A DNA stretch of 33,806 nucleotides from Holosporales bacterium (lineage in GTDB: Bacteria > Pseudomonadota > Alphaproteobacteria > Paracaedibacterales > UBA11393): assembly GCA_003542655.1 (NCBI GenBank), contig DPKF01000031.1:1-33806 (forward strand), read 5' to 3'. Positions 1-8,879 of the stretch are shown here, piece by piece. A model generated the notes under the pieces. That model did no database searches, was not told where the DNA came from, and worked only from the letters and a program-made list of their open reading frames with translations. The position numbers and the translations under genes are program-made. Every line of letters begins with the position of its first letter. The first letter of the stretch is position 1.

Positions 1-765
1 TAAAGAACGTTCATAAGGTTTTTTCGGGCGCGGTTGGTCTTGTGGTAACAAAACATTTAAGTCATAAACACAATTTTCAAAATAAAAAAAAGATAGTTTT
101 TCTGTTGCTTTGTTCCACTCCTGTCTGTGGCCTTTAAACAACAATAAATTTAACATATTATTTTCTTTAATGAGTTGGCCTGTTTCTGCCGTAATAACGA
201 ATGGTAATTTGCCGTTTTCTGCAGATTGATGTATAAAGACCCCCTTTAATTGACCCTTTAAAGACCTTTCTTGCACATAGACAGTAGCACCTTTAATAGC
301 ATTAAATGTTCCTGGTTGAATCACTGATGATGACAGCTCATTTTTAATTTGGTGTTCAAAGGATCTAAATTTTTTAAAAGATTCAGGTATCAAAAATATA
401 TTACTTAGCAACGTAAGCACCGTTAAAACAACACCAATGCTTAAAAAAGGTTTTGCTATTTGAAAATTACTATAACCTGTGCTGCGTAAAACAAGCATTT
501 CATTATCAGCAATAAGTTTTTGATAAACTTGAATGCCCGCTATAAGTAAACAAATGGGAAGGAGAATAGAAATCAAATCAGGAAGCAGAAAAATAACAAG
601 AAATACATAAGACTTTAACCCAATACTGTTGTTGATAATAAGTTCTAAGAAGCGTAAAGACTGAGAAAGCCAAACCATGCCAATCACAAGAATGGATATA
701 CTAACAATATAAGCAATCAACATTTTAAAAATGTAGCGATCAATAGTATTAATACGAAGAAACAT
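1..765 (-). CDS. LptF/LptG-family (YjgP/YjgQ) LPS export permease, N-terminal 255 codons; 3' end runs off the window
   Basis: Absent from the ORF track because there is no in-window stop. My minus-strand translation from ATG at 765-763 gives MFLRINTIDRYIFKMLIAYIVSISILVIGMVWLSQSLRFLELIINN...LVLRSTGYS. This N-terminus and TM pattern are typical of LptF/LptG permeases. The frame stays open to position 1. Confidence 0.7.
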   Translation of the reverse strand, partial: MFLRINTIDRYIFKMLIAYIVSISILVIGMVWLSQSLRFLELIINNSIGLKSYVFLVIFLLPDLISILLPICLLIAGIQVYQKLIADNEMLVLRSTGYSNFQIAKPFLSIGVVLTVLTLLSNIFLIPESFKKFRSFEHQIKNELSSSVIQPGTFNAIKGATVYVQERSLKGQLKGVFIHQSAENGKLPFVITAETGQLIKENNMLNLLLFKGHRQEWNKATEKLSFFYFENCVYDLNVLLPQDQPRPKKPYERSL

Positions 766-860
766 GTTTTTCCTGTCGATCAAGGTGTAAAAAAACATTG
801 CCACAATGGTGTAACATTGTTTACTTTATATAGTATAAACATTAATGCCTTTGAACTAAA

Positions 861-2147
861 ATGAATTTTATGTCTAAACTGCTTTCTTATGGCAGTATTA
901 TTATCCTCTCTTTCTTATCCTGTGCTCAAACTTTTGGCTATGAAGCTAAAATTATTGCCGTTATTGATAAAAAAGCTATTACGGAAAAAGAATTAGAAGA
1001 TCGAATTCGCTTAGTCTTATTTACGTCTAATCAAAGTGACACACCTGAAATGCGCAATAAAATGCGTATGCAAATTTTAGAATCAATGATTATAGAAAAA
1101 CTACAGCTTAAAGCTGCAACCGATGGAAAAGTTGTTGTATCAAAAAAAGATATTCATCAAGCTATTGAAAATATTGCATCACAAAACAATATGAAGCACG
1201 ATCAACTTATGCAGATGTTTAAAGCAAATAATATTTCAATCCAATCATTAAAAGATCGTTTGCATGCACAATTAGCATGGGATGCTATTATTCATTATGG
1301 CCTTGGTGGCATCAATGTTTCAGAGAAAGAAATAGATAAAGCTTTGCATGCGGAAAAAGCATCAGACACCATTTTTGATGTTTCTGAAATCGTCCTGTAT
1401 CCATCAGATGCTTCTAAAAAAGCACAAACAAAAAAACAAGCCGAAGATATTGTGCAACAATTAAAAGCCGGTGCTTCCTTTAATGCACTAGCACAGCAAT
1501 TTTCGCAAAGCACAACGGCTAGAAGCGGCGGGCATTTAGGACGCTTATCATCTGCAAACTTATCTTTAGACTTACTTTCAGCTTTAAATAATATGAAAGA
1601 CGCAGATGTTCGTATTATTGAAATACCAAAAGGTCTTCAAATTATACGTTTGAACAGTAAAAACAAAATGACAGAAAATACGGCGACTACTGTCTCGTTC
1701 AAAGTCGCTTTAATTCCATTCGATGAAGGCATGCCAGAAGACCAACAATACGATATTCAGTCAAAAATTAACGCTCTACGCTTATCAACAAGTGTTTCTC
1801 AATTTATGAAATCATCTTCTGATATTGGGTTTGCAATTAAAACTGTTGAAGCGCTAGATATAGACAAGTCCTCATCTAAAGAATTTGCAGCTATGTTAAC
1901 ACAAGCAAAAGTTGGGGAAATATTAAAGCCTATTCGATACGAAGATGGGTTACAAGTAATATATATTACCAAGAAGGCTATCAAGCAACACCAACCTTTA
2001 ACGCGCAAAGAAGTTAAGCAACAGCTTGAATTTCAAAAGAAAAACATGACAGCTGCAATGTTTTTAAATAAATTACGTGCGCGCACATACATTATAAATA
2101 ATTTAAGCTGTGATTATGACAATAAATTTGTAACATACGGTGAATAA
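861..2147 (+). CDS. surA: SurA-like periplasmic chaperone / parvulin-type peptidyl-prolyl isomerase
   Basis: N-terminal signal peptide (LSYGSIIILSFLSCAQT). SurA-N-like helical region. Parvulin motif region GASFNALAQQFSQSTTARSGGHLGRLS...LQIIRL. Confidence 0.8.
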   Translation: MNFMSKLLSYGSIIILSFLSCAQTFGYEAKIIAVIDKKAITEKELEDRIRLVLFTSNQSDTPEMRNKMRMQILESMIIEKLQLKAATDGKVVVSKKDIHQAIENIASQNNMKHDQLMQMFKANNISIQSLKDRLHAQLAWDAIIHYGLGGINVSEKEIDKALHAEKASDTIFDVSEIVLYPSDASKKAQTKKQAEDIVQQLKAGASFNALAQQFSQSTTARSGGHLGRLSSANLSLDLLSALNNMKDADVRIIEIPKGLQIIRLNSKNKMTENTATTVSFKVALIPFDEGMPEDQQYDIQSKINALRLSTSVSQFMKSSSDIGFAIKTVEALDIDKSSSKEFAAMLTQAKVGEILKPIRYEDGLQVIYITKKAIKQHQPLTRKEVKQQLEFQKKNMTAAMFLNKLRARTYIINNLSCDYDNKFVTYGE

Positions 2148-2149
2148 TC

Positions 2150-3136
2150 ATGAAAAAATATAGCTTGCTGTTTCTATTACTAACGTCACTTCATATACAC
2201 GCTAATATCGGCGTTCTTTTGGGCGCGGGTAGCAATTTGATAGTTTCAAAAACTAATGCCATTACACTAAAATCTGAAAAGGTTCATTTTAAGTTTTCAA
2301 CGCCGAGGAAAATTGAAAAATGGGGAGTTGACGCTTTATCACTTGTTGATGTTAATACAACATTTCACACACAAAATGTATCCAGCAAAACACACAGTAT
2401 ACAACTTGGATTCCCCATCTCTTTCAACACAAGTGGAGAGAACATAGTACTGCCTGCGCTAAACTTTTCGGTGCTTTCTAATTGTATAAAACAAGAAACC
2501 ACTTTTACAAAAGCAATAAAAAAATATAAAAGTTTATACTCATGGTCAGAAACCTACAAACCTAAAGAAGTTAAAACGCTTAACGTGTCCTATAAACTGT
2601 ATACTTCAGTTATAGCACCTGGAATTATTTTTTTTCAAGACGATAAAATGCAAACGATCCCCGTCATGGTTTTTGGATTTGAATATATAACTGAAACAGC
2701 CAACTCCTGGAAAGGCAATATAAAAAATGCAGTGTTCACTGCAGATTTAACAGATTTTATTCAAGCGGTGGATGCTAATCCTCAAACTCTAGTATCTACA
2801 ACATCAGAACATCAGAATAATCGACTTTATTTAGCGTCCTCCACATTTAGGCCACTTATATTTTTAACTTTTGAAAAACATGGAAATCGTGTTGATCAGA
2901 ATACAATTCTATGGAACTTTACAAATGCAATGCCAGCAAAATCATTATTTATAGCGATTAATTATGCTTATGTGCCTATTACGTTAGAAGCAGTAAAGAA
3001 TTTTGTGTCTTTACTTCCAAAATCAGCCATATCAAGTCTATTACATCTCTATCAAGATGCTCTTGGGAAAACTTTAATTCCTGATGACAATAAAGAGATA
3101 CAGCTAATCATTGATTATTTAAACACGCAATTATAA
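2150..3136 (+). CDS. Secreted hypothetical protein, possibly DUF4424-like
   Basis: 328-aa ORF whose ATG lies 2 nt after the surA stop. Signal peptide MKKYSLLFLLLTSLHIHA. The N-terminal pattern AN..LLGAGSNLIV.K.NAI.L.SEKV.F resembles my recollection of alphaproteobacterial DUF4424 proteins. That family call is weak. Confidence 0.5.
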   Translation: MKKYSLLFLLLTSLHIHANIGVLLGAGSNLIVSKTNAITLKSEKVHFKFSTPRKIEKWGVDALSLVDVNTTFHTQNVSSKTHSIQLGFPISFNTSGENIVLPALNFSVLSNCIKQETTFTKAIKKYKSLYSWSETYKPKEVKTLNVSYKLYTSVIAPGIIFFQDDKMQTIPVMVFGFEYITETANSWKGNIKNAVFTADLTDFIQAVDANPQTLVSTTSEHQNNRLYLASSTFRPLIFLTFEKHGNRVDQNTILWNFTNAMPAKSLFIAINYAYVPITLEAVKNFVSLLPKSAISSLLHLYQDALGKTLIPDDNKEIQLIIDYLNTQL

Positions 3137-3176
3137 TACGAATGAAAAATAAAATTTTATATAGAGCTTGTTGTTA

Positions 3177-3752
3177 ATGTCTAAAAAAAAAGTATTTCAG
3201 ATTTTTATTTTTTTGGTTTTGGGTATTCTCGTATTAAAGTTTTTAACGTTTTATCATTCAATTCCGGCAATTCAGGATATAAAAGCCGTTGAAGAAACCG
3301 ATGCTATCGTTGTGTTTACTGGGGGGTATGAACGCGTTAAGGTTGCTGTTGATTTATTTGAAAAAGGCAAAGCGCGTTTATTATTCATATCAGGTGTTTC
3401 TAAAAAGTCTACTAAAAGCAGTGTTTTAAAAAAATCATGCGCTAATATAAATGACCTATCAATTGTCTACCTTGGCAGCGCAGAAAATACACAAGAAAAT
3501 GCTAAAGAAGTAGCTCAATGGGCCAGCACGCACAATGTTCAGTCAATTAGACTTGTAACAACTACTTTTCATATGCCACGGGCACTGAGGGAAATTAGAC
3601 TAAAGGCTGAAAATTTAACTGTGATTCCCCACCCCGTTGCCGCAGATAAAATATCCAACTACGCGGTTATATATTACTATTTTAGTGAGTTTATAAAACT
3701 AATATTACTTGAAATGGGGCTAGAATATCCTGAAAAACAATCAATTTTTTAA
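3177..3752 (+). CDS. YdcF/ElyC-family (DUF218) protein
   Basis: DAIVVFTGGYERVKVAVDLFEKGKARLLFISGV and SIRLVTTTFHMPRA are DUF218 hallmarks. One N-terminal TM helix. The track ORF starts at TTG 3168; I prefer the in-frame ATG at 3177 (MSKKKVFQ). Confidence 0.8.
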   Translation: MSKKKVFQIFIFLVLGILVLKFLTFYHSIPAIQDIKAVEETDAIVVFTGGYERVKVAVDLFEKGKARLLFISGVSKKSTKSSVLKKSCANINDLSIVYLGSAENTQENAKEVAQWASTHNVQSIRLVTTTFHMPRALREIRLKAENLTVIPHPVAADKISNYAVIYYYFSEFIKLILLEMGLEYPEKQSIF

Positions 3753-3755
3753 TGA

Positions 3756-4514
3756 CTATCCAAACATATTTTGCGGAGCCGTCGAAGCAGGTGCCGGGTT
3801 GTTAAAAAACATGTTATTACTTTGCTGGTCACTCATATCTTGAATTTTCTTGACAAGTGCACCATATTTTTTATCAACTATAGCATTAATTTTTGCCTCA
3901 AGTTCTGCATCAGTCATTGAAGGTGCAGCTGGCGCTGGTGGAGCAGGTGGCGCCATTGCTTTAACGTAAGTATATACGTTTTGCGTTATCGTCGCTATGG
4001 TATTAAGTGTTACCTGACTAAAAGCGATACCCATTTGCGCAAGATCGCTTTCCCTTTGTTTTTTAACTGCGTCTGAGGTTCTGCCGAGCATAGCAAATAT
4101 ATCATTTGTTTGATCTATGACGGTCACAACAGCTTGATATTGTTGTTGCTGATATAAGCCATTAAGTGCTGTTTTTTGTGCAGTCGTTGCATGTTGTAAA
4201 GCAGTAAATTGTGTTAATTTCTGCTGGGCTTGTTGCTGAATCGTGCCTTGTTGTTGTGTTTTTTGTAAATCCGTTTGGAATGTGTCTTGTGCACTTTTTG
4301 CAGCATCGCTTAGGCTTTTTGTGGAATTATACTCTTGCACGCCATTTTTTAGTGCAGCTTTAGCGGGATCAACATACTGCTGAATTTGACCTTTATTTTC
4401 ATCCCATGCTTTCGTCGCAGTCTGTTTAAGGTCATCTAACCAGCCTGCACAGATTGTATTATGCGTTAGAACGAAAATGCCTAAAAACGGCAGTACTTTT
4501 TTTTGAATAACCAT
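3756..4514 (-). CDS. Secreted Q-rich, probably helical hypothetical protein
   Basis: 252-aa ORF with an N-terminal hydrophobic signal (VLPFLGIFVLTHNTICAG). Long Gln-rich stretches (QKTQQQGTIQQQAQQKL, LYQQQQYQ). A PPAPPAPAAP proline tract. No family recognised. Confidence 0.6.
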   Translation of the reverse strand: MVIQKKVLPFLGIFVLTHNTICAGWLDDLKQTATKAWDENKGQIQQYVDPAKAALKNGVQEYNSTKSLSDAAKSAQDTFQTDLQKTQQQGTIQQQAQQKLTQFTALQHATTAQKTALNGLYQQQQYQAVVTVIDQTNDIFAMLGRTSDAVKKQRESDLAQMGIAFSQVTLNTIATITQNVYTYVKAMAPPAPPAPAAPSMTDAELEAKINAIVDKKYGALVKKIQDMSDQQSNNMFFNNPAPASTAPQNMFG

Positions 4515-4612
4515 AAAATATTCCAGCGTAAAATATAATTCTTTATTTTATACTGACATATGTAAATTAATAAAAAGTTAATATTGGTGCATTTATTCAG
4601 CAATCGCCATTT

Positions 4613-6658
4613 TTAATCTAACAAATCCTCCATTGTGACAATTTTTTCCCCTTTATGTGACGGAAATTTGTTGACAACGGCCGGTATTATAAGCGGTTTT
4701 TTCGGTGCGCCATCTTTTTCTTTATTTTTTGGATGATCAACAAGAGGTTTTGGCATATCTTCGGATGGAATTTTACCCAGTAAAAAGGCTTTTGCAATTT
4801 TAAGGGGCATATTAGACCCTAAAGATGATTTATGCATAAGCTTTAAGTCATCATTTCCAACCCAAACGCCAAATGCGACATCATGAATGCCATTTTCTAT
4901 TGCATCGTCACGGAATGTGCCACCACGATAACCAATAAAATAAGCATCTTTGTTATCATTCGATCCTGTTTTTCCCATCATTGTATCATCAATATAAATC
5001 CGACGGCCGGTTCCCTCCCTAACAACGCGCTGCAGCATGTCGCGAATGTGTGCTAAAGGTTCTTTTTGTACAATCGGCCTAGATCTTAGAGGTTTTTTTG
5101 TATATAAAATATTACCTGCTTTATCCCTAATTTCTTCAATTCCATAAGCATAAACGGGTTTTCCTTCGTTAGCAAAAACTGAAAAAGCCGATACCAGTTC
5201 AAGTAACGTTACCTCCATTGTGCCAAGTGCTATACTTAACGTTGGCAGCATATCGCTAGAAAATCCAAATCGATGTGATAAATCGATAACTTTTTCTGGT
5301 GTCACAGCCTGGCAGATACGAATAGATACGGCATTGACTGATTTAATTAACCCCAGTGCCATTGTGATTTCGCCTTGTGACTTATACTTATAATTTTTAG
5401 CCTCCCAAGAACCAATTTTTTGTGGGGCATCTTCAAACATCGTGTCCGGTGTTAGACCGTTTTCAAGCCCGGTCAAATATACAAATGGCTTAAAGGAAGA
5501 TCCAGGCTGACGTAATGCTTGTGTTGCCCTATTAAATTGCGATTTAGAATATGATCTGCCACCCAGCATCGCAACAATAGCACCGTCAGGACGCATAGCA
5601 ATCATTGCTGCTTGTGAGGCGTTTAATTCTTTGCCTAAAGTATCAACATAATATTTTAAAACAACCTCCGCATGATTTTGTGCATTAATATCAAGAGTTG
5701 TTGTCACCACAACATCTTTCGTAAGCCCGCCAATATGATCAGGAATAGACTCATAAATCCAGTCTGTAAAATATCTATAACTTTTTTCTTCCCTACTTTT
5801 TATAGCCTCTAGTTGTTTTGAACCTTCTTCTAAATACGTTGTATAATCACGGATATAACCCAAATCTTTCATCTTAGCCATAACAGATATAGCCCGTTTT
5901 TTTGACCGTTCAGGGTTTGCTGCTGGCGAATAACGTGATGGAGCTTGCAAAAGTCCTGCAATCAAGGCGGATTCAAAGACAGTTAAATTTCTAGCTGATT
6001 TTTGAAAAAATCGTTCTGCTGCAGCATCAATACCATACGTTCCAGATCCAAAATAAACACGGTTCAGATAAATTGTCATGATTTGATCTTTTGTAAAATT
6101 CCACTCAAGCCAAAAAGCAAGTAAAACTTCCTGAATTTTTCTTTTAATAGACCTGTCTGTAACAGGAAATAGTTTTTGCGTTAATAAAAAGTTTTTTGCT
6201 AATTGTTGTGTAATGGTCGATCCCCCCTGCACAACACGCCCTGCTTTATAATTACTGTACATTGCACGAAGAAGTCCTATAAGATCGACCCCAAAGTGTG
6301 AGTAAAAGCGATTGTCTTCAACTGCCATTAGTGCTTGTGGTAAGTGTGGCGGCAAGTCTTTTACGCGTAAAACATCTTCACGAAGATCACCATAGGTACT
6401 AAGCATTGTGCCATCGCTTGCTTGTATAATGACACTTGGTCGCCTGCCAGCTGTTTTTAGCGTATTAATATCAGGTAATTCTTGAAATAGCCAAAAAAGA
6501 ATAAAGCCACCAATCATAGATAACCAAAGGCCCACCATAAAAATGACCCGAAATAATTTTGATAAAATACCTTTTTTTGATTTTGTATTTTTTTTACTAG
6601 ATTGTTTTTTTCTTTGCAGCGTGCGTTTAGGTGCTTTCAATGTACTACGTGTCATCAT
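4613..6658 (-). CDS. mrcA: Class A penicillin-binding protein (PBP1A-type glycosyltransferase/transpeptidase)
   Basis: GT51 motifs EDNRFYSHFGVD and GGSTITQQLAKN. Transpeptidase SxxK (PGSSFKP) and KTG (GKTGSN). Basic N-terminus followed by a single TM anchor. Confidence 0.9.
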   Translation of the reverse strand: MMTRSTLKAPKRTLQRKKQSSKKNTKSKKGILSKLFRVIFMVGLWLSMIGGFILFWLFQELPDINTLKTAGRRPSVIIQASDGTMLSTYGDLREDVLRVKDLPPHLPQALMAVEDNRFYSHFGVDLIGLLRAMYSNYKAGRVVQGGSTITQQLAKNFLLTQKLFPVTDRSIKRKIQEVLLAFWLEWNFTKDQIMTIYLNRVYFGSGTYGIDAAAERFFQKSARNLTVFESALIAGLLQAPSRYSPAANPERSKKRAISVMAKMKDLGYIRDYTTYLEEGSKQLEAIKSREEKSYRYFTDWIYESIPDHIGGLTKDVVVTTTLDINAQNHAEVVLKYYVDTLGKELNASQAAMIAMRPDGAIVAMLGGRSYSKSQFNRATQALRQPGSSFKPFVYLTGLENGLTPDTMFEDAPQKIGSWEAKNYKYKSQGEITMALGLIKSVNAVSIRICQAVTPEKVIDLSHRFGFSSDMLPTLSIALGTMEVTLLELVSAFSVFANEGKPVYAYGIEEIRDKAGNILYTKKPLRSRPIVQKEPLAHIRDMLQRVVREGTGRRIYIDDTMMGKTGSNDNKDAYFIGYRGGTFRDDAIENGIHDVAFGVWVGNDDLKLMHKSSLGSNMPLKIAKAFLLGKIPSEDMPKPLVDHPKNKEKDGAPKKPLIIPAVVNKFPSHKGEKIVTMEDLLD

Positions 6659-6899
6659 GCTTTTCTTATTAATGTATGCTTTTCATTTTATATTATTTTA
6701 TTGAAAAAAGGGAGTTTTATACACAGTTTATTTGGTAACGACATTTAAACGAAAATACCCTACAGTCCATTCATTAACAAAACCTTAACAAAACAAACTT
6801 ATTTAATGAAATTTTTATTAAAATTATTTACATACCCCTTGATTTGAGATCTAATTCCGTGAAAACATGTATATATAGGGTTTATTATTTATAATCTAC

Positions 6900-7493
6900 A
6901 TGTCGTTTCCGTACAATAATCCACTCCACAACACAAGCTTTAGTGAACCAGTACCCAATATAAAAGATATTTTATTCCATTCAGATATGGATTCTGGAAC
7001 ATTGACCCCTACATGGATGTTAAAAATGGATGATGTATTTGAAGACATGTCAGAAATGGAAGTTGACGGTGGTACAATGTTTAACCCCTGCTTTGGGTTT
7101 AAAATGTTTGCACGTCGTCAAGTAAGCGGCTATCGATTAACACAAAATTATGCCAATTCGCGCGTCCACCATTCGCGCATTTGGTTTGTTGTGCCACTTG
7201 ATAACAGTACGCCAACCCTCTTCAACTATATGCATAATGGAAAAATTATTGAATCAACATCAATTGTGCGCCTTATTAATATTGGCGGAGAAGAATACAA
7301 CCAAATTATGTGGCAAGCAACTTTTGAGAATTCGCACCTAGAGCATGTTGAAATTATTCGTGATTATGTGATGATCGCCTTATCAGTCTCCACTGGAGAG
7401 CAAAAAGTCTTTAAATATAACAAAGATGGAACAAAAGGTGGTCAAGCTGTGTCAAGCTATGACTATGCAACAAATACTGGTGAAAAAGAATAA
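6900..7493 (+). CDS. Divergent Hcp-like protein (type VI secretion tube family); possible shorter form starting at ATG 7017
   Basis: Core motifs line up with Hcp proteins as I recall them. FVVPLDNSTPTLFNYMHNGK matches the ..iDkaSPnLmkya.tGK block. GGEEYNQIMWQATFENSHLEHV matches GG..leYl.itmedv.vt.v. GGQAVSSYDYATN matches the C-terminal GG.v..gYD.kaN. MLKMDDV resembles the mFLKidgi N-terminus. Starting at M40 (7017) would give 158 aa, close to the Hcp lengths I recall (about 160 aa). Confidence 0.55.
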   Translation: MSFPYNNPLHNTSFSEPVPNIKDILFHSDMDSGTLTPTWMLKMDDVFEDMSEMEVDGGTMFNPCFGFKMFARRQVSGYRLTQNYANSRVHHSRIWFVVPLDNSTPTLFNYMHNGKIIESTSIVRLINIGGEEYNQIMWQATFENSHLEHVEIIRDYVMIALSVSTGEQKVFKYNKDGTKGGQAVSSYDYATNTGEKE

Positions 7494-7553
7494 AAAACCA
7501 GAACAACTTGTCTTAGAACATCACTGTGGAGTTATTTTTAAGGGTTTGACCTC

Positions 7554-8864
7554 ATGCGCATTCATATTATTGGTCCGTTAGAAGGTTATGGTACAGAGGC
7601 CGCTAAAATGGCTATGGATAAAGGTGCACAAGTATTTTCCTGCACTAACATTGAAGAAAGTTTAAATAATTTACGCAAAGGCAATAATTGCGATCTAGTC
7701 CTTATTGATGTTAGCCTCGATATAAAAGCATTTATCACGTCATTAAAGGAAGAACGTTTTCACCTTGATGTGGTTGGATGCGGCGTTAAACCAGACCCAA
7801 AAAAAGCAGCCATTGCCATTCGTGCTGGTGCAAAAGAATACATTCCCCTACCCCCTGATCCAGAGATGATCTCTGCATTATTGCAGTCGCTTTCTCCTGC
7901 ACCTGAACAATCTATTATTGCAAATGCCCCTGCAATTAAAAAGGTCTTAGAACTTGCGGATCGTGTTGCATCAAGTGAAGCGAACATTCTGCTTACAGGT
8001 GAATCTGGAACGGGAAAAGAAGTTCTGGCACATTACATTCATCGTCAATCAAAACGTCAAAAAAAACCATTTATTGCAATAAACTGCGCAGCCATACCTG
8101 ATAATTTATTAGAATCTGAACTTTTCGGCCATGAAAAAGGTGCATTCACCGGCGCCCTTACACAACGTATTGGAAAATTTGAATCTGCAGATGGAGGCAC
8201 ATTATTATTAGATGAAGTCACTGAAATGCCCCTACAGATGCAAGCAAAGCTTTTGCGCGCTATCCAAGAGAAAATTATTGATCGCGTAGGTGGCACAAAA
8301 CCTGTTTCCATCAATATTCGCATTATTGCAACCAGCAACCGCGACATGTTACATGCTATAAAAAATGGTGACTTTAGAGAAGATTTATACTACAGATTAA
8401 ACGTTGTCAATTTGACCCTGCCACGTCTGCAAGAAAGACCAGTGGATATAATCCCCTTAGCAAATTATTTTATCCAAAAATATGCAAAAATCAATCAAAT
8501 TGCCATAAAACAATTGTCAATAACAGCAGAACAATCTCTGCTTAAATGGCCCTGGCCTGGTAATGTTCGGGAACTAGAAAACTTGATGCATCGCGCTGTT
8601 TTACTTGCAGGTGAAAAAATCCAGCCAACGGATATCTTTGGATATGAATACACCGAAACAACACAATCTAATTTCACTGATAATTCACCAATTGAAACCA
8701 ATGGTTTTATAGGTAAAAGCATTCAAGATGTTGAAAAAGAATTGATATTAAAAACCTTAGCGCACTGCACAGGGCACAAAAATAATGCTGCACAGATTTT
8801 GGGCATATCTATCAGAACACTTCAAAATAAGCTTAAAGAATATGAACAAAGCACATGCTTATAA
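7554..8864 (+). CDS. Sigma-54-dependent enhancer-binding protein (FlbD/FleQ-like) with a degenerate receiver-like N-domain
   Basis: AAA+ Walker A GESGTGKE, GAFTGA loop (HEKGAFTGAL), Walker B LLLDEV. C-terminal Fis-type HTH (AAQILGISIRTLQNKLKEY). flhA starts 15 nt downstream. Confidence 0.9.
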   Translation: MRIHIIGPLEGYGTEAAKMAMDKGAQVFSCTNIEESLNNLRKGNNCDLVLIDVSLDIKAFITSLKEERFHLDVVGCGVKPDPKKAAIAIRAGAKEYIPLPPDPEMISALLQSLSPAPEQSIIANAPAIKKVLELADRVASSEANILLTGESGTGKEVLAHYIHRQSKRQKKPFIAINCAAIPDNLLESELFGHEKGAFTGALTQRIGKFESADGGTLLLDEVTEMPLQMQAKLLRAIQEKIIDRVGGTKPVSINIRIIATSNRDMLHAIKNGDFREDLYYRLNVVNLTLPRLQERPVDIIPLANYFIQKYAKINQIAIKQLSITAEQSLLKWPWPGNVRELENLMHRAVLLAGEKIQPTDIFGYEYTETTQSNFTDNSPIETNGFIGKSIQDVEKELILKTLAHCTGHKNNAAQILGISIRTLQNKLKEYEQSTCL

Positions 8865-8879
8865 AGGGTAATAAAATTC

